Made by a program: the position numbers and the translations under genes. DNA of 64,000 bases, from the NCBI RefSeq assembly GCF_002571385.2, contig NW_019218183.1, forward strand, positions 227,993 through 291,992, written 5' to 3'. How positions within the stretch are numbered: position 1 is the stretch's first letter; every line of letters starts with the position of its first letter. This stretch comes from Stylophora pistillata. Taxonomy: Eukaryota. This document shows, piece after piece, positions 35,709 to 48,971 of the stretch. The notes beneath the pieces are model-generated. The model did not search any database, was not told where the DNA came from, and was given only the letters and a program-made list of their open reading frames with translations.

Positions 35709-38700
35709 AATTATGATTATTATCCAACTACACCTCTGTAGAGTACAAATAACACCTAAGACAAGTACAAGTATCACACAATATTTGCACTCCAGAAATA
35801 TTTGTGAAATTCGCCCCCACAGAAATAAATATTTGGTGTGTTGGATAATAAATCTCTTATTAGACATTTTGTTGCATAGTATAGCTGAGTATTTTAACTC
35901 ATTGTTTATATTTAGACTTGCCCTACCCACTTGTCAAAATATGGCACAACTCGTACAAATACTCAGCAATACTACACAACAAAACGTCTAATAAGATATA
36001 TAAATAATTATATATTTTGTTTAGAGAGCTGCCACCTGATCAAATGAAATAATTTTCGGAGAATCAGCTAACAGACTCCTTCTATGCATGCAGCAGTTTT
36101 CACAAGTACAGTCACGTGACCCTTGTACTGGTTATACCCTGAAGCTTGGATTAAGTGTACAATTATTATAAGAACCAGAGTCAAAGTAATCAGATTGTTT
36201 GAAGTGGTGGCGAAAGATCTTTTTATACCAATCTAAAGTTGTAGAAACAAAAAACCAAAGGAAACCTGGGTAACTGTTTATACTCAGTTGAAAATGAAAA
36301 TACCTAATAAGTGACAAGAGCTTTCAAAATTCATGTACATGTACCTTTAACAATTTTCAGCGGTGCCAATCAAAGTAGGTGATCAAACTTACTTCATATT
36401 ATATTCCACTAAAAATTTCTTCTCGCCCTCAAAAAACTCATCTACATCCTACAACAAAACAAGAAAAGTTAGAAGGTGTGAAAAAGCTACAGTAATAAAA
36501 TAAAGAGGGAGTAATTGTTGTAGATCTGGAAAGACTTTCTTAACCAACTCATAATCCAGTAAAACAATGTGAAAAATGTAATAACATATGCATTTACCTA
36601 GGTGCATTTCCTCAGACTAAATCTGCATAAATTTGTTTTGCTGTATTGTCATTTCATATAATAATCAACTATTATTCACTGAAGTGGAGGTGAATGGTTG
36701 TGGATATTTACCTCACTGCTTTCGCAGCTCAGTTAAGTTCCATCACACCAACACTGCTTAAGGTTTTGTCTCTTCTCGCTGCTTGAACATGAATATTACT
36801 TGCTCATCAGCATGCACAAAAAAGCACCATTCATCTGGGTATACACTTCTTACAAATTGTTCAAAACAAAGACCTATCCTAAAATTCATACTAAGTTATA
36901 ATAATTTATTCAAACTATTGTCTGTGATAAGTTTTATCCACCTTTTGTGATGACAAAAGGACTTCGTCAACTCCTTTGGCGAGACCTTTGAAGAGACCTC
37001 CAAGTTTCTCCTTTTTGTTTTTGCCTCTAACATTTAGCTGGGATAAAGAAATAAAAAAAAAAAAAAATAGTTAATGCAACTGGAGAAAAAAAAAATAGGG
37101 TCTTAAATAAATCTTTTCAATCTCTATACTTGAGTTTAAATTCTCTTAACTGATGACTGTATATTGCTTTGTAAGCTTCCCATGTAAATCTTACGTCAGA
37201 TTGAAAACAGACAATCTTTTTTATTCTCTTTAACTGTCTGCTCACTGGTGAGCTAAAATTGAGAGGAGAATCTATTCATTGATCACTGATGGGGGTGAAT
37301 TTGTTGAAAGAGTTTTTATCACAGATCTCAGATAAATCTTCATGAACAAAAATGTTAGGATATCTAACTCTGTACCATTACTAGATCTTTCTTTTGAAAT
37401 GGTAAGACTGTATACAATGTACCTCTCCTTTAAATTCCAAAAACACATTAAAGTTGCTGTCTTTTCTCAGAGTTGGATGAGCAGCTACGCGTGTCAGGAA
37501 TACTTCATGCATGGCTACAGTTTTCTTGAAAGTGGCAAGATACTCTCTGAAATGCCAACAAGACATAAATATTAAAGACATAACTTTTAAAGAGGTAAAT
37601 AAATTAATAATGACCAATCCAAGTAATATTTGTCATGTTTTAATCATTTGTTTTGTTATGTTTTTTAACTAAATTACAGCTAGCTGGTGGAGTTTGAAGA
37701 AGGTAAGACCAACATTTTTCAAGTTAACCAAAAAAAGTGTAATCATTTTCAATCTTCTAATTTTTTTTTTTTTATGCAAAGCCATTTTTGGCCCTACCAT
37801 AATATATCTTAAGCTTTTATACAGTTTTAAAAAACAGTATTCCGAAAGTTGAACTACATGTGAGACTCTCTCATATATGTTGAGAAAAAGAGAAAAAGAG
37901 AAAAACTTGGTGGGAGAAAATCCTCTCTATGCAAGGTTTTCACCAGAAGTTAGTGATGAACCTATTTTTTAAAATTTGAAATGAAACAAGCTTCAATTCA
38001 CTTTTTCAGCCCACATATTATCTTATTGTAGCCTTCCCATTTCAAACCTGGACCCCAGCTTTATCTCTGCACTACACATGTTCTTGAAACAGAACAATAG
38101 CACTTTAACTTACGCTTCAAGTTCTTGTTTCATCTTTTGAAACTCCTCCTTTGTCATTGTATTTTCACCTAAATGAGAAACACAATTAATTCAAGAACCA
38201 GGATAAAATAACTTTCCCAGGAAATGCACGGCTACCATTGTTATACGGTTCACCAGTAAGAGTATATCACTCAAAACATTAACCATAAATCACATACCAC
38301 TGTAGCAACAAAAAAAAAAATTAAGGAAAAAGTAACTAATATCTTGCATTTACCTTCTCCAAGTTTCTGCAGCTTTTCACGAGACACATCAAAATCTGGC
38401 TTGGGAGGTGCTGGGGGAATCTAACAGGAACAATTTGTATCGTATTGTAAAATGAAAATGGCTGTAATTACAGAAACACACTCAGGTAAAAATAAATGTT
38501 TTCTCATTAATGAAATTCTGCACAGTGGTTACCCCTTCAACTCCTAAAAGAAAGAAAGTAAGCGAGTGAGTGAGTAAAGGGTTTATTAACAGTGTTTCCA
38601 CAGAGAGGCTCTTCACCTGTCACTAACTAAATACATTATAGGATCAACTAAAACCTATTTGATGTGAGTGAGTGAGTGAGTGAGTGAGTGAGTGAGTGAA

Positions 38701-40545
38701 TACTCTATTAATGTGTCAAGAGATTTAGCTACCAAGCTAATTGGGGACACTCCTATCTACAATATTTTTAAATGATATTCATAGAAATATATACAATAAA
38801 ATATAAAATCGGAGGAGATAAACAGACAATCATACACAGCAAAATGTATCCATCACATGCATATAAAATTTAGTTAATAAGAAGCTACTATGTAATACAG
38901 GCAATGCATTTGCATGACCCATCTAATAGGTTTGTAATATCAATTCTCCTGACAGCTTTCTTGAAGGCTTGAAGCCTATTTTTTCTATGAATATCTTGAC
39001 TTATTTTCCCCCATAAATAGGGGCCTAGATATTTAACACTATGTTTCCCATACTTCACCGTCCTGAATCTAGGAATGGGGAATTCTCCACATCTTAGATT
39101 ATAGTGTTTATCTTGCTTATAGAAAATTTCCCAAATGAGCTCAGGTGCCAAGGAGTTTTGGACCTTATACATTGGTATCAAAATGTCTTGAAGACACCTA
39201 TTTTCTAAACTAGGTAGACACCCCTTTTCCAATAATTCTCCATATTCAGTTTTCCTGTCGTTGAATACTGAGCGCAATGCCCTTTCTTGAATATTTTCTA
39301 GTTTTCTTTTCTCCTATGCTTTACAAAAATGCCACACAGTATGGCAATATGTGAGGTAAGGTAATATGGCCGATTTCAACAGCTGAAGCTTAGCTTCTAT
39401 AGGGATCATGCGCCCAAGACAAACAAGAGCATTAATTTTACTATTCTGCTAGCCTTCTTACAAATAGCACTAAAATGTGGACTAAATTCAAGCTTATTAT
39501 TGATAGTAACCCTTCATAGTTTCAGTGCGGGTACAGATGCAATGTTTCCCCATCACTGTCAACACTTATTGATTGTTCATCATTGTTCTTCTTTCCTATC
39601 AACATGGTATTATATTTCTCATGATTTCCAATTAAAAAGTTGTCTGTGTACCACCTAGAAATAGCATGTCCTCCCTCATCTAATGATTGCTCTACCACCT
39701 GTATCGAATTTCCTGTTACAAAAAGCTGGTGGTCATCTGCATACATAAACAGGTTCAAATTGCTAGGCGAACTATTGATTAACAAAGTTAAATCATTTGA
39801 AAAATATTCCACATAAGTGGCCCCAATGATAATCCTTGTGGACAACCTCTGATAGTATCCCTCCAACAGCTCATCTCTGAATCTAATTTGAATCTATTTT
39901 GTCGGTTAGTAAAGTATGACCTTATAAGGCAAAGCGCTTCCTCTGTGAAGCCATAAGCTTTGAATTTGTTTACCATGAGTGCCGGGTGAAGAGAATCGAA
40001 GGCTTTGGTCATGTCAGTTGATAGTATTCCTACATACTGTTTTGGAGTCAGCAGCCATTCTCCATTTCTCAGTCAAGCTCAGCAGTGTTGTTTCACAGCT
40101 ATACATTTTCAATCATAAATTTAAAATAGCAAAACATTCTAGTCTGTATACGCTTGCAACTTAAAAGTGATTAACATGTAACTTCTCTCTATGATATCCA
40201 TGCATTATTCAGCAAACAGGTAATGAGAATACTCAAACTTATCAGGTAGAATTTATCTATCGATCTAACACCAAATTCTTGTCAATAGTTTACAAGGAAA
40301 TGTGTAGCAACCATAGGGGAGAATTAACAATCAGGGCTACAGGGTAAACTGGCCAAACTTTGCTCTCATTTTTACCCTGATCTCTTATTCCGGCCAAATA
40401 ACTTTCAATACTCCAAACCAACTAATCATCCATAATCTAAGTAAATCATGAACCGAAAGGCTGGCCTGGGAGGGAGGGGAGAAGAGGTGGGTCCAGAGGG
40501 CATGAACTGAGGCAACATATGTGAGTGAAGTGAATGATGATGATA

Positions 40546-40617
<72 letters not shown>

Positions 40618-43600
40618 ATGGCTGTCTACACACAAGGAGTAACATTGGAAGGCTGTACTTGCCGAGAAAGGAAAGAGGAAGAGGACTGATTGGGATCGAA
40701 GAGTGTGTAAAGAGGGAGAGCAAATCCCTTCATGGTTATCTGAGTGAGAGCACAGAATGGATACTTCAAGCTGCATTGAAGGAGAAGATTATTGCTGAAA
40801 AAGAGAGCCTTCAGGACTATGAGAGGAGGAAGAAAGAAGAGAAAGTTAAAAACCGGAAGGAGAAAGCCCTACAGAGTGATTTCATCCAACAAATATCAGA
40901 TAAAGCTGGAGAGGAGTCCTGGAGATGGTTAAGGAATGGATTTTTTAAAAAAGGAGACAGAAAGTTTGATTCTGGCAGCTCAGGAACTGGCTATAAGAAC
41001 AAACTCAACCAGGTATAGCCTAGACAAGACTTCAGNTTTAAAGCTACATATCAATGACTGCAACCATCGTGTTGTATACAAACTTCGCAAACTTTAAAAC
41101 ATGTTCTCTAGTGATACCTGCGAAAGTATTCAGTTTAATTTCCGCTAAAATTTTCGCAGACAATCTGATCGATTTCTCCTACATTGTGTGCTGAGACTGA
41201 AACTTTTCACCACAAGCAAAGCTCCGTCGCACGGCCCAAACAAACATAGCGAGCAACTGAGCTATTAGTATTTGTCCGTGTTACAACACACGAAAGGACT
41301 CTAAAGTACACTTCACTCTGATTGGGCAGAAAAACACAAAGATTTTCTGGCACCAATCAGAGGGCAGAACAACTGCGACCGTTTGGAACTAGTCTTGTAA
41401 GACAATGTCCCCAGGGGCTCTTCATGCCCTAACTTGAAATCGACCCACAGACCCTGGGTCTCTGAGGATGGACATTACCCTAATTCATAAAGACAGGCAG
41501 AAATGGACACTTATTGACATAGCTGTGCCAGCGGATCAGAACACCACCTGGACCAAGGAGGAGAAGGTGGAAAAGTACCAGGAACTAGCATACGAAATCA
41601 GAAGGATCCATGGAACCTCGAAAGTCACAATGATACCAATCTTGATTGGTGCTCTTGGAAGCATATCAAAAAGATCAAAGGCCTGGTTTGGCAAGTTAGG
41701 TGTACCTGACTTCCTTAAAAGTGTTCAATTATCGGCCATCCTTGGAACTGTTCACCTGTTGCGAAAAGTGTTGTGTCTCTGAGCTACGGGAAGTTGCTGA
41801 GACACAAACAACGTTACCCAGTGGAACACCCGACAACTGGAGAGAATTGAAATAATAATAATAACAATAATAATAATAAATTTATTTAAGTGTCAAATGT
41901 GTTTAGCTGTACAACCACAAGCTAATTGGGGACACTAGTCTAATCAACAATTACAAATCAATTAACAATATAAATTCTAAAATCTTAAAAAATCTAACAT
42001 AAATTTCACAACCAACAGAGATTACAGCAGTCACTATTATTATCTAAAATACTCGCAATATCTAATTTAGGTATGGTGGTTTTAAACGACGGGGGGCTAG
42101 GTGATTGTTTGACCAGGTTGTCAAGTCTGTTCCATAGTGCAGGTCTGAAATAATGTATCGAGTGTTTCCTACAGTTAATAGTATTAAATCAAGGTAGATT
42201 AAAGTCTTTCTTTCTCAGATTGTAGCTTGATCTATTTAAGCTAAAAATTTCGGCAAGATTGGTGGGGGCAAGCTTAAGCTTAACTTATACATAAGGATAG
42301 CAATGTCTTGAAGTCTACGATTATACAGTGTAGGTAGTCGTGATCTTTTGAGCGGTGTCTCATAGGTATCTGACTTTGTTCTATACACTGCTCTAACGCT
42401 CGTTCTTGAAGGCGTCCAATTTTCCTGCAGTCAGAAGCCTGGCAAAAATGCCATATTACGTGACAATAAGCAAGGTAGGGAAGGATAGAGGACTTATAGA
42501 TGGTCAGCTTAGCTGGACGAGGAATGAGATTGTGCAGGTGCATAAGGACTCCCACTTCCTTGCTTGCTCTCTTACACAATTCAGACTAAAATCTATTCTA
42601 TTGTCGATGTGGATGCTGAGTATTTTGATATGATCTGTGTTAGTTATGACCTTTCCATTTATGCAAATATCAGTAAATTGTCTATCAACGTCCATATTTT
42701 TAGGATTGAAAATCATTGCTTGGGATTGAACAGGATTTGCTAATAGGGAATTATCTCGGTACCAAGACGTGGCTCGTTGTCCATTCTGCTCCAAGGTTTC
42801 CCTTATGATTTTATAAGTAGTCCAGTGGTCAGAGAGCTGGACCCTGGGTTGGATGGCCTGGGTTCAAGTCCTGGCTGGGGCACAACATTGTGACCAGAAG
42901 CAAGTCACTTGACTCACATTGCTTTGTCTTCTTGAATAAGATGTAAAGCTGTAGGTCACATCTTCTGCAGGGTTTGGGGTAGGAGATGTTAATTTCCCAC
43001 ACCCAAGATTACTGTGTGGTGGATGTCCTTCCCTGGGTGGGAAGGTGAGATTGCTACATGGACTGAAGCGGCTGCCAAAGGCGCCTGATAAAATGCTGAT
43101 GTCCGATCTCAACCTTACTACATTGAGGTTGAAAAGCCCCTTTAGGGGAGCTTCAATTAACATTGCACATAATCAGTTCCTTAGGTGTACATTTGATTGG
43201 TCATCAGCGTACATGCATAAGTTAGCAGAAGTTATAGCTCAGGGCAGATCATTCTGAAATACGTTCCACAGCAGGGGGCAAAAAGAGGACCCCTGAGGAC
43301 ACCCTCTAGTCATATGCTTCCAGCTGCTTTTCGTGTTTCCAATTCTTACGCTATTTTGCAATTATTGAAGAATGACCTCGTGAAGTCTAATGCTTTTGGC
43401 TCAAAGCCGTAAGCCTCAATCTTTTTCAGGGTCAATNNNNNNNNNNNNNNNNNNNNNNNNNNNNNNNNNNNNNNNNNNNNNNNNNNNNNNNNNNNNNNNN
43501 NNNNNNNNNNNNNNNNNNNNNNNNNNNNNNNNNNNNNNNNNNNNNNNNNNNNNNCCATTCGCCCATTTTCCAGTGAGTCAGTCAGCCAGTTGCTAGATTT

Positions 43601-44363
43601 AATGTATTCATTATATAGACTAGTCAGGGATGGTGCAATCAATGATCAAACCTGACGTTTAAAATCAAAATGACCATGAACTAAGATTGCACATAGCCCG
43701 ATGAGACTTTTGTTCTCCTAAAATTTGATAATATCGATCGCTACTCGGAGATAGCTGCTATTAAGACTATTATTCTTCCACGCGTGTTAGCTTAATTACT
43801 TACTATGATTCCGGCATATTCCTCATTTTCAACGTATCGATCGTGTAACCAAACAAACTCTTCGTGTTCCCTGACCACGGAAAATTCACCCTCCTTGAAA
43901 ACAGGCAGCGTGGTCTGGAAAGCAACAGAATTAATTGCCGTTAAACAGCGAGCAAAGACGATTAATTTCTCACTAAATGAAAGCTCAGTTTTGTTACCTT
44001 CGTATGAACCGTAAACTTGACACGCTCTCTTTCACTTAATGCATCGGAAATATCTACCACCAAGGATGTGTCTGTGTGCAAATCCACCGACTGAGTCCGT
44101 GTCTACAAAGAAATCGAAGTAATAACTCTGCGAAATCGAGAGAGAGAACAAATTGCTATCTTCGATTCCCAAAACTGCCACATTTAGGTACTGGATCAAA
44201 GATGAACAAAAGGCAACTCACTTTTTCATCTTCCAGCATGTCTGCGCTATCCGACGCGTCCTGTAGAGAATATCAAATAAAGATCAAAGTAATTTATTAT
44301 GTAGTGGTGAAAAATTCCTCTACTGCACAGCTGTTTTCCCACAATCATATGTCTTACCATCAT
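31088..44363 (-). CDS. SNX6: Sorting nexin 6-like (SNX5/6 PX-BAR), 15 coding exons
   Basis: Exons 44358-44363 (MM), 44222-44260, 43998-44102, 43804-43914, 38354-38420, 38114-38168, 37423-37546, 36942-37037, 36393-36448, 34902-35040, 34336-34545, 33681-33744, 32699-32748, 31734-31769 and 31088-31138 splice in frame. They give [86 protein letters not shown]. Confidence 0.96.
32875..33085. mobile_element. ~200-bp dispersed MITE family (piggyBac-like TTAACCC ends), one of several copies
   Basis: Starts TTAACCCTTCACAC...ATCAGTATGCATATTCTCTATAC. Related copies at ~35150-35522 (interrupted by a CAGGGCTGTG..CACAGCCCTG insert at ~35198-35359) and ~45447-45656 (inverted). A sister family occurs at ~32390-32590, ~33130-33305 and ~40165-40335. 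Confidence 0.55.
33888..33938. repeat. (AAT)n microsatellite
   Basis: Direct reading. Confidence 0.95.
38660..40100 (-). mobile_element. 5'-truncated, frameshifted CR1-group LINE (RT domain to 3' tail)
   Basis: [36 protein letters not shown] and [19 protein letters not shown]. The 3' tail GTGTCCCCAATTAGCTTG..GCTAAA..TTGACAC is followed by (TCAC)n. Confidence 0.88.
40545..40614. repeat. (ATA)n microsatellite
   Basis: Direct reading. Explains the poly-Ile and poly-Leu ORFs. Confidence 0.95.
40614..41850 (+). mobile_element. 5'-truncated R4/Dong-like non-LTR retrotransposon (RLE type), interrupted by other repeat sequence at ~41036-41468
   Basis: [25 protein letters not shown] (RT thumb). [44 protein letters not shown] (restriction-like endonuclease). 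Flanked on both sides by TAA repeats. Confidence 0.8.
41851..43642 (-). mobile_element. Second degraded CR1-group LINE fragment
   Basis: [38 protein letters not shown]. Shares the 3' tail GTGTCCCCAATTAGCTTG with the 38.7-40.1 kb copy and ends in (TTA)n. Contains a SINE and an N-gap (43437-43554). Confidence 0.82.
42817..43160 (+). mobile_element. tRNA-derived SINE
   Basis: A-box-like TAGTCCAGTGG and B-box GGTTCAAGTCC. The 3' body is shared with the SINE at 50008-50366. Confidence 0.7.
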
Positions 44364-44859
44364 GGTTGGTGCCGAACCGAGCCAATTACTTCTTTTGTCA
44401 CGTGACTAGCGGAACCGTGACAAAAAAAAATCTCCTTCTACACCCCACTCCACCCCACTAAGGTCACAGCTATAAAACAAGCGAGACCTTGTTACTGTTT
44501 ATATCGCTAGGAAAAACCTTGATTTGAAAAACAAAAACAATGGGAATCATTGATCTTTTTCTACAGCCCTAATTAAGTAATTTTACGCTGCTGCAGTACA
44601 AACTGTATTAAAGAACTCTTTTAAGGATTTTTTAAAAAAAGCAAGGACAGCAAAACAAAGTGAAACTCCAAAATTTAAAAGACTCAAAATCCTCAGTTTT
44701 CATTTAGAATATATGAATCTACTAATATTTTTATGGTAATAGCCTTATCTCAAACTTGGACCACCAAGAGCACAAATATCTCCTCACTACCCTAGTGAGT
44801 ACTTCTAGTCAATAATATCCCATTAGGCACTGGGTGCTTTACTTGGTAACAAGAGAAAC
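44364..44859. promoter_or_regulatory. Probable bidirectional promoter / 5' UTRs of SNX6 and DPY30
   Basis: Divergent ATGs only ~500 bp apart. GTCACGTGAC E-box at ~44397-44406. Confidence 0.6.
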
Positions 44860-47800
44860 ATGGCGGACGGTACTCCGACTGAAGGTTCTCCGTCTAATTA
44901 ACTTCTCTTTTGCTACCAACGACTCGCTAATGTACTGAAATATTTGTTTCTACATTTTTAGTAGCTCCACAAGAACAAGTTTCGTTGGTTCCTCCTGAAG
45001 AAAACAATCACAGCCAACCTGAGGTGAGGTGGCAAGCGTCAAATAATTTGATGACATGCATAGACATAATTTTGACTAATCCGTGTTGACGCTATCACTC
45101 ATTGGATTTTCGTAATTTCTGTTGCAAAGCAAATAGTTGTAATTATTTTCACGACTTATACCGCCCCTTCCACAAAAAAGAGAATTCATCTTCATTTCAT
45201 TCAAGACATTAGGGGTGATCAGCATAAAAAATGCTAACACTGTTATCGCATTGATTCTAGTTTTCTTGACTCTTTGTGAGCGGAAACTAAGCAACAAACG
45301 TTGATCAGTTATGTTGGAAATTTTATCACAATAAAATTTAATTTTGATCCAAGACCCACAAAAAAAATTTCACATCCCTAATTCCCACCCTCTACTGTTG
45401 GCTATTACTAAATGTAATAGAATGAAATAGAAATGAATAGAATGACTTGACCCTTATACCTCTGAAAGTGACAAGCCTCTAATTTCACCTGACAATATCA
45501 CACCTGAATCACATGCAATAGTCGTGAGAATAAAGGAAATGATCCCCATCTGAAGTAACTGTTGATTGTCTAATAAATTCTCCTTGTCAACTCTTTAGGA
45601 AAGGTGTAGAGAACAGTATAGAGAATATGCATACTGATGTTAGGGTTTAAAAGGTTACATTTTGTTCTGATACCTTAAGATGAGCACACTTTTCCTTTAT
45701 TTCAACTTAGATTTTTGCTCCTTCCACCCCTGTGCAAAATTCTGTTAATGGTGACATCATCTATGTTCCTGTCCTCCAATAGATTATCATTGAGAATCAA
45801 TCAAATAAGTGTTTACATAGCTTTATTCAAGTATACACTTTAATTGGCTAATACGCTCTGCCCACTTGCTTGTGAGTTGCCTGCTGCCTCAGTTTGTTTT
45901 GCTTATTTTCCTACACAAAGTGAAAGATGACTGAAAGTTTCAGTTTTATAAAAGAAGTGGTTTATGCGCAGTGTGAAACCATGAAATTATGGTACACTTG
46001 GGAGGTTTGCTAAGCACTTAGGAAGCTAGAGTTGTAATCAACTATCACCTCATGCAGCTCTTGTGTTTCTTATGTGCTTAGCATCCTCCCATGTGCATCC
46101 ATAACCTGCTGGTTGTATGCTAATTTTTTTTTTAAGTATGATTCAGCTGATGATGTAATAGGAAATTGATGACAAGTTTTCTGTTCTAATTAGGTTCCCC
46201 AGGAAACTTCTCCCCATGCTGAAATTGGTGTGACAGAAAATGTTCAGGTAAACTGTAGTGGGAATGGCTCATCTATCTTAGTGGTACAAACCAGAGAAAA
46301 TTATTAGAACTGGTTCTTTGTAGAACTTAGTCCTCTGTAACTTTCCTCTATTGTCTTATATTCTCTGTTGGAGACACACTGCCGCAGTCACTGGTTAGTA
46401 AGTAAGGCCGGGGCTCGACACTAACTTTTCAACTTACTAGCCAAGTGGCTGGTGACATCTTAGATGCTACAACAATGTCAATTTGTTTAATAGCCAAACT
46501 GGCTGGTGGAAACCGAAAACCACTGGCCAAAACTGAATTTCTACTAACCTGTGGCTAGTGTGCTACCGTTAATGCCGAGCCCTGTAAAGCTCCTGATCTT
46601 TAAGCCCTGGTCAGTTCATTTTGTTTTGTTTTTGGGAATGATTGTCATTTAGCTCGCATAGTGCTTTTCTTCGCACATGATTTGGCGGTATCCAACAGTC
46701 ACGAAAACCTGTCAAAATACTACCAGGGGGAGTGGAGAAGGGGGTGTAAAGGTGTGTGCAATGGGCTCGCATCTTATTTAGAAGTAACTATACTCCTAGA
46801 GGCTTCATGCCACAAAACTAGGGATCAGCTTCAGCAAGATATGTCCCCACAAACATCTAAAATGCAACCATTGATTGCCAAATTTATGCTTTATGCCCCC
46901 TTTTATCATCCACCCACTCCCTCCCTGTCTTTTCTCTCCCTCGTGTGGCATTTGTGGATTGGAATTGAACATCATTATTGGCAGAGCTGTCTATACCAAT
47001 TGGCAAATCGTTTTTGTTTCCTCCACAGAAAATGGTGGAGAAAGAGAAGGAGGCTACTGAAAAACCAACAAAACCAAAAGTAGAACTACAGTCATTACCA
47101 ACCAGAGCATACTTAGACCAGACAGTTGTGCCTATCCTTCTTCAAGGTCTCTCCACCCTGTCCAAGGAAAGGTAAGGATTTTCTTTCATCAGAATGCTTT
47201 GTGTTTATTTTTTAATATGCTTTTATACGCTTCTACTTCCTGAGTTTTCCAACCTCTTTGGAAGGCCTTGCTTGAAAGAAAACAAATTTACATTTTGGAT
47301 TTTACATTTGGATAATGGCTTTTACATTCTGTATGGAGTGACAAAATTCAATTTAAGCCCCTTTCACACTGTCTGTNNNNNNNNNNNNNNNNNNNNNNNN
47401 NNNNNNNNNNNNNNNNNNNNNNNNNNNNNNNNNNNNNNNNNNNNNNNNNNNNNNNNNNNNNNNNNNNNNNNNNNNNNNNNNNNNNNNNNNNNNNNNNNNN
47501 NNNNNNNNNNNNNNNNNNNNNNNNNNNNNNNNNNNNNNNNNNNNNNNNNNNNNNNNNNNNNNNNNNNNNNNNNNNNNNNNNNNNNNNNNNNNNNNNNNNN
47601 NNNNNNNNNNNNNNNNNNNNNNNNNNNNNNNNNNNNNNNNNNNNNNNNNNNNNNNNNNNNNNNNNNNNNNNNNNNNNNNNNNNNNNNNNNNNNNNNNNNN
47701 NNNNNNNNNNNNNNNNNNNNNNNNNNNNNNNNNNNNNNNNNNNNNNNNNNNNNNNNAATAATAATTGAGCATTTTATCTTTGTTTGTGTTTCAGGCCACC

Positions 47801-47864
47801 CAACCCTATTGAATACCTGGCAACATACTTGCTGAAAAACAAAGACCAGTATGAAGAAAGCTAG
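44860..47864 (+). CDS. DPY30: Protein dpy-30 homolog (COMPASS subunit), 5 coding exons
   Basis: Exons 44860-44884, 44962 (or 44965)-45023, 46194-46247, 47029-47171, 47795-47864. [54 protein letters not shown] is the Dpy-30 domain. Confidence 0.95.
46409..46584. mobile_element. ~175-bp MITE (CAGGGCTCGACACTAAC-type TIR)
   Basis: TIRs GGGCTCGACACTAAC / GTTAATGCCGAGCCCTG. An inverted sister copy lies at 54411-54586. Confidence 0.7.
47377..47756. other. Assembly gap (N run) in DPY30 intron
   Basis: Run of N. Confidence 0.99.
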
Positions 47865-48971
47865 TGACCATACCTTATATTCATATGATTGTAAATTTAT
47901 CACCTCGTAGGTAATATGTCACCACTGGATGCCATTATTAACCTAACTTTATAGAAAAAGTGACAGAAGACAAGACAGTTTAAGGAAGAAAAGAGGATTT
48001 TTACTGTCATTTGTGAATGTTGGTCAAGATGCATTAGGCTGGTTTTATTTGAAACAAAGCAATTTTGTCATTATGTTTATCATCTTTATCACTTATTAAT
48101 ATATTTATCCGGGTATTTCTGAGAAAGTCAATTATGTGATGTCATTAGCCTCCTCAAAGTTTGACTATAACCTTAACGCGTTTCAACTGTATGACTTTGT
48201 ATTGTATCTCTTGTGTTTCTCTTGTTTGTAAGGTACCTTCGACACTGAAATTAAAAAAACATTGTTGAGTGGTTGTTGTTGTTGTTATTTGTGGGTTGCA
48301 AGGGGAGGACTTGTAAGCTAATATGCAGTACCAGTCTCTATTGTATGTTTGTTTCTTTGTTTATTATTAGTTTTTAGAGCATTACTAGCAAATTTACACA
48401 ACCTGCATATAGCATTAGCTAGTTTTGGCAGGTATTAGTTATAAATAAGTAAATCCTACACATTGCAAGCTAAAGAAGCAGTTGATGACATTCTGACTAC
48501 TTTGTTTATCATATAAGGGGCGAAATTACTGAATTGTGATTGGTAAAGACAGGGGGCATTTTTTCTTAATTTTTGTAATTGCCCTCTACAAAATTACTTG
48601 AAAATGATTGGCTGAAAATCGTTTAGCAACGGCTGGCAAGGTAAAGAAATTTCTGTTTGTTTTGTAACAATGGCGTCCCGTTTTGAACGAGATCAGTAAG
48701 AAACATTTTGCCCCTTATATTATAAACAAGTAATCACATGGTTCCTCGTAAAATTAAGGATTAATATCACTGTGTTTTCGGAAGTTGCAGAAATTGCCCT
48801 TGTCGCTGTGCAACTCAGGCAATTTCAGCAACTTCCGAAAATGCGTGATATTTATCCTCAATTTTACTCGGCCCCATGCGATTACCTATACTTATTGGTT
48901 TTATCAACAAAGTTGAAATGGTAAATTGGCCACCGTAACGATTACAAAAGCTGACGTTTCGAGCGTTAGCG

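Noticed and set aside
40385-40776. Poly-Ile/poly-Leu membrane protein ORFs (and poly-Asn ORF at 33874)
   Set aside because: Translations of (ATA)n microsatellites.
47194-47903. Long ORFs spanning N runs (also 26292-26603, 43346-43642)
   Set aside because: Artefacts of translating assembly gaps.
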